A DNA stretch of 64,000 nucleotides, from assembly GCA_048013815.1 (NCBI GenBank), contig CM106585.1, positions 22,630,001 to 22,694,000 of the forward strand, written 5' to 3'. Position 1 is the stretch's first letter. Each line of letters opens with the position of its first letter. The translations under genes were made by a program, and so were the position numbers. Shown one piece after another: positions 63,201-64,000 of the stretch. This DNA is from Setoptus koraiensis. Its lineage: Eukaryota; Animalia; Arthropoda. Under the pieces are notes generated by a model. The model did not search any database. It saw only the letters and a program-made list of their open reading frames with translations, and was not told the origin of the DNA.

Positions 63201-64000
63201 ACCTCCGAATCAGATTCCATTAAAGCTAATTCACATTCGAGAGTAAGAAACAAAATAGATTCATAGTTTGAATGATCATGGGTGCTTGTGAGTTTTCTTG
63301 CTGACTTCATAAGATTTCTAGCTGCTTTGACAAAACCAATGTCAACGAAAGTTTTGATAAGAAGATAATTAGCATGAACAAGAGCATTTGGTGTTACAGC
63401 GGGTACCATTTGGAATAAATTGACAAGTAAGTCAGCGGACTTGAGTTGGTAATTTGTTACCCTGAAAAATTTGAAAAAATAGCAAGAGTAAATCACGTGA
63501 TGGGTTAGACCTAATCTGAGGGCTAGTTTTGAATTGAAGGTCACTTGAGTGTCACATATTGCTTGATGCCACTGATCTATGGCTGACTGAAGATATTTGA
63601 TGTGGTTGAAGTATGATGATGACGACAAATATTGTTCATCTTGCTGGCGTTGTGTCTGATTTTGTTGCTCGCAAGAGTTTAGGCATTCGATTTGTGGCGG
63701 AACTGTACACTTGAATCTCGAACCAATATATTCGTTGCAATCTGAATTCAATTTCTTCTTGTTAGACAGCTTGGCATTGTATTCGAGCAACAGTTGGTTT
63801 TGCTGCCATTGATAGACGGAATCATCTAGTATTTTGGCCTCAAGTCTGTGCAGTTCAAAATAGCTACTGCCCAAGAAAAGGTATCTAATATCAGCCGGTA
63901 TACAGGGACATTGCTTTGTATCATGCTCGCTAATGAGATCGATGACATTCTGGGCCTCTTGCAAATTTTTAGCCAGCTTGGTTTGATCCAGCCATGTCAT
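60215..64000 (-). CDS. ESPL1: Separase (peptidase C50), at least 1261 aa; the 5' end may lie beyond the window
   Basis: C-terminal YILDPENNL, YLFIGHGAG (catalytic His), VMGCSS (catalytic Cys), GLLWDVTDTDID and APVVYGLP; no introns within the window. Confidence 0.95.
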   Translation of the reverse strand: MTWLDQTKLAKNLQEAQNVIDLISEHDTKQCPCIPADIRYLFLGSSYFELHRLEAKILDDSVYQWQQNQLLLEYNAKLSNKKKLNSDCNEYIGSRFKCTVPPQIECLNSCEQQNQTQRQQDEQYLSSSSYFNHIKYLQSAIDQWHQAICDTQVTFNSKLALRLGLTHHVIYSCYFFKFFRVTNYQLKSADLLVNLFQMVPAVTPNALVHANYLLIKTFVDIGFVKAARNLMKSARKLTSTHDHSNYESILFLTLECELALMESDSEVKLTDEESILCRLEKVIDIKQDDKLQHYYARILARSFILRYIRYFPNRSIICRDFFFFNRYLGAMMRRCYEESFKTKPADTKDTATIVMDHRWIRFAVCDLVFSSFEYVANFHMMTGIPEQLELLFNGLFNVACRNASIYWIFKLLLIGSKFDSLCQKNKNLDEKLALLNLITPLCHDDLNYFFVMLIIERQIMEMSFSIDTKLTGCDGLSSMNDLRMLQQRILDSKAPLNNFVLEYQMVKFTNRARMKIASLGDDDADCNTMIHETRRNLLLNIRAQIHLLKESGEHLEAKRIFKQCVDMFSSYILDCQEDKILATILLMVINCDGKYLITSIRNNRNINHYSGAYTNQTKNSSHSDNLKLMISKLSLRDNFTSSYQNDTCFEAGPESKSYIGIRKRKILSLSYLKNLSNCLESGKSDVELLTHYFYLVINYPDFQEYRILNEYLFARRLELGLLNNETWYHLFESNSACSLRYRWMMYEEQFKNYSNLIGRNNEKLISFSLDNILKSEEYNQFLLSMPSEWRMVNLQYIVDESDRTEHLILCRIEKDSEPLMVHLERSIETGCYSCFSSNSVGENERPKCQSTGEKLRYYVNRASSCLKWGSYSSRTECRKKMEDEMQALLDEIDSDWFGPFRFILMGKILESDYQSVVDSMTDRILSCLHKHIGVSPEKIQRNLLRGFLEGAPLLSRDEFCLGLPMLLREDGNLMKTKHSVDCFKIYTGLIEDFIVKKYPGYNKSTLLPNLTKGQLGLILNGSSHEIPFETLPSIRLLRQPIFRVPSLRIFHFLITNHAHKTDDNHHGCCLAKAENLSYILDPENNLNKTKLRFKDKLESITAWTGSIGVPPSQDQLKSWLTSREIYLFIGHGAGTTYYNKLLDGHGLLGLDLTPSAVVMGCSSARMLSEGGQLERHGIGWNFILKGSPSYIGLLWDVTDTDIDKFLDLMLTKWIKLWPSESSERQMSSTEAIASSRQICKSSCLVGSAPVVYGLPVRIIEQ

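Overview
Eukaryotic (animal) genomic DNA; no prokaryotic features, CRISPR arrays, rRNA or tRNA genes were recognised. The sequence looks arthropod, and a compact-genome mite is my inference from the gene set and the mix of intronless and intron-rich genes. The first ~36-38 kb holds one + strand Musashi/Rbp6 RNA-binding gene: a His/Asn/Gln-rich N-terminus, two RRMs, 9 confident coding exons, introns of 5.4 kb and 18.6 kb, and an unresolved 3' end. A tight gene block follows: a very short NOL12/Rrp17-like gene (-), COX5A (+), a miniature intronless Capicua (-), an orphan two-exon secreted protein (+), BBS4 (+), glycogenin (+, 2 exons) and separase (-, running off the window edge). Almost all other ORFs in the supplied track are artefacts of micro/minisatellites. 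The most notable non-standard signals are: (1) a 509-bp templated insertion flanked by a perfect 60-bp duplication and copied from 11 kb away; (2) the orphan secreted protein; (3) ten TTACGTAA (PAR-bZIP-type) palindromes confined to Musashi introns, one at the centre of a perfect 44-bp palindrome; (4) extreme miniaturisation of Capicua and NOL12; (5) interleaved 9+9-bp inverted repeats behind BBS4; (6) a possible insulin B-chain-like exon. All counts and alignments were done by eye, and homology calls come from recalled family motifs, not database searches.
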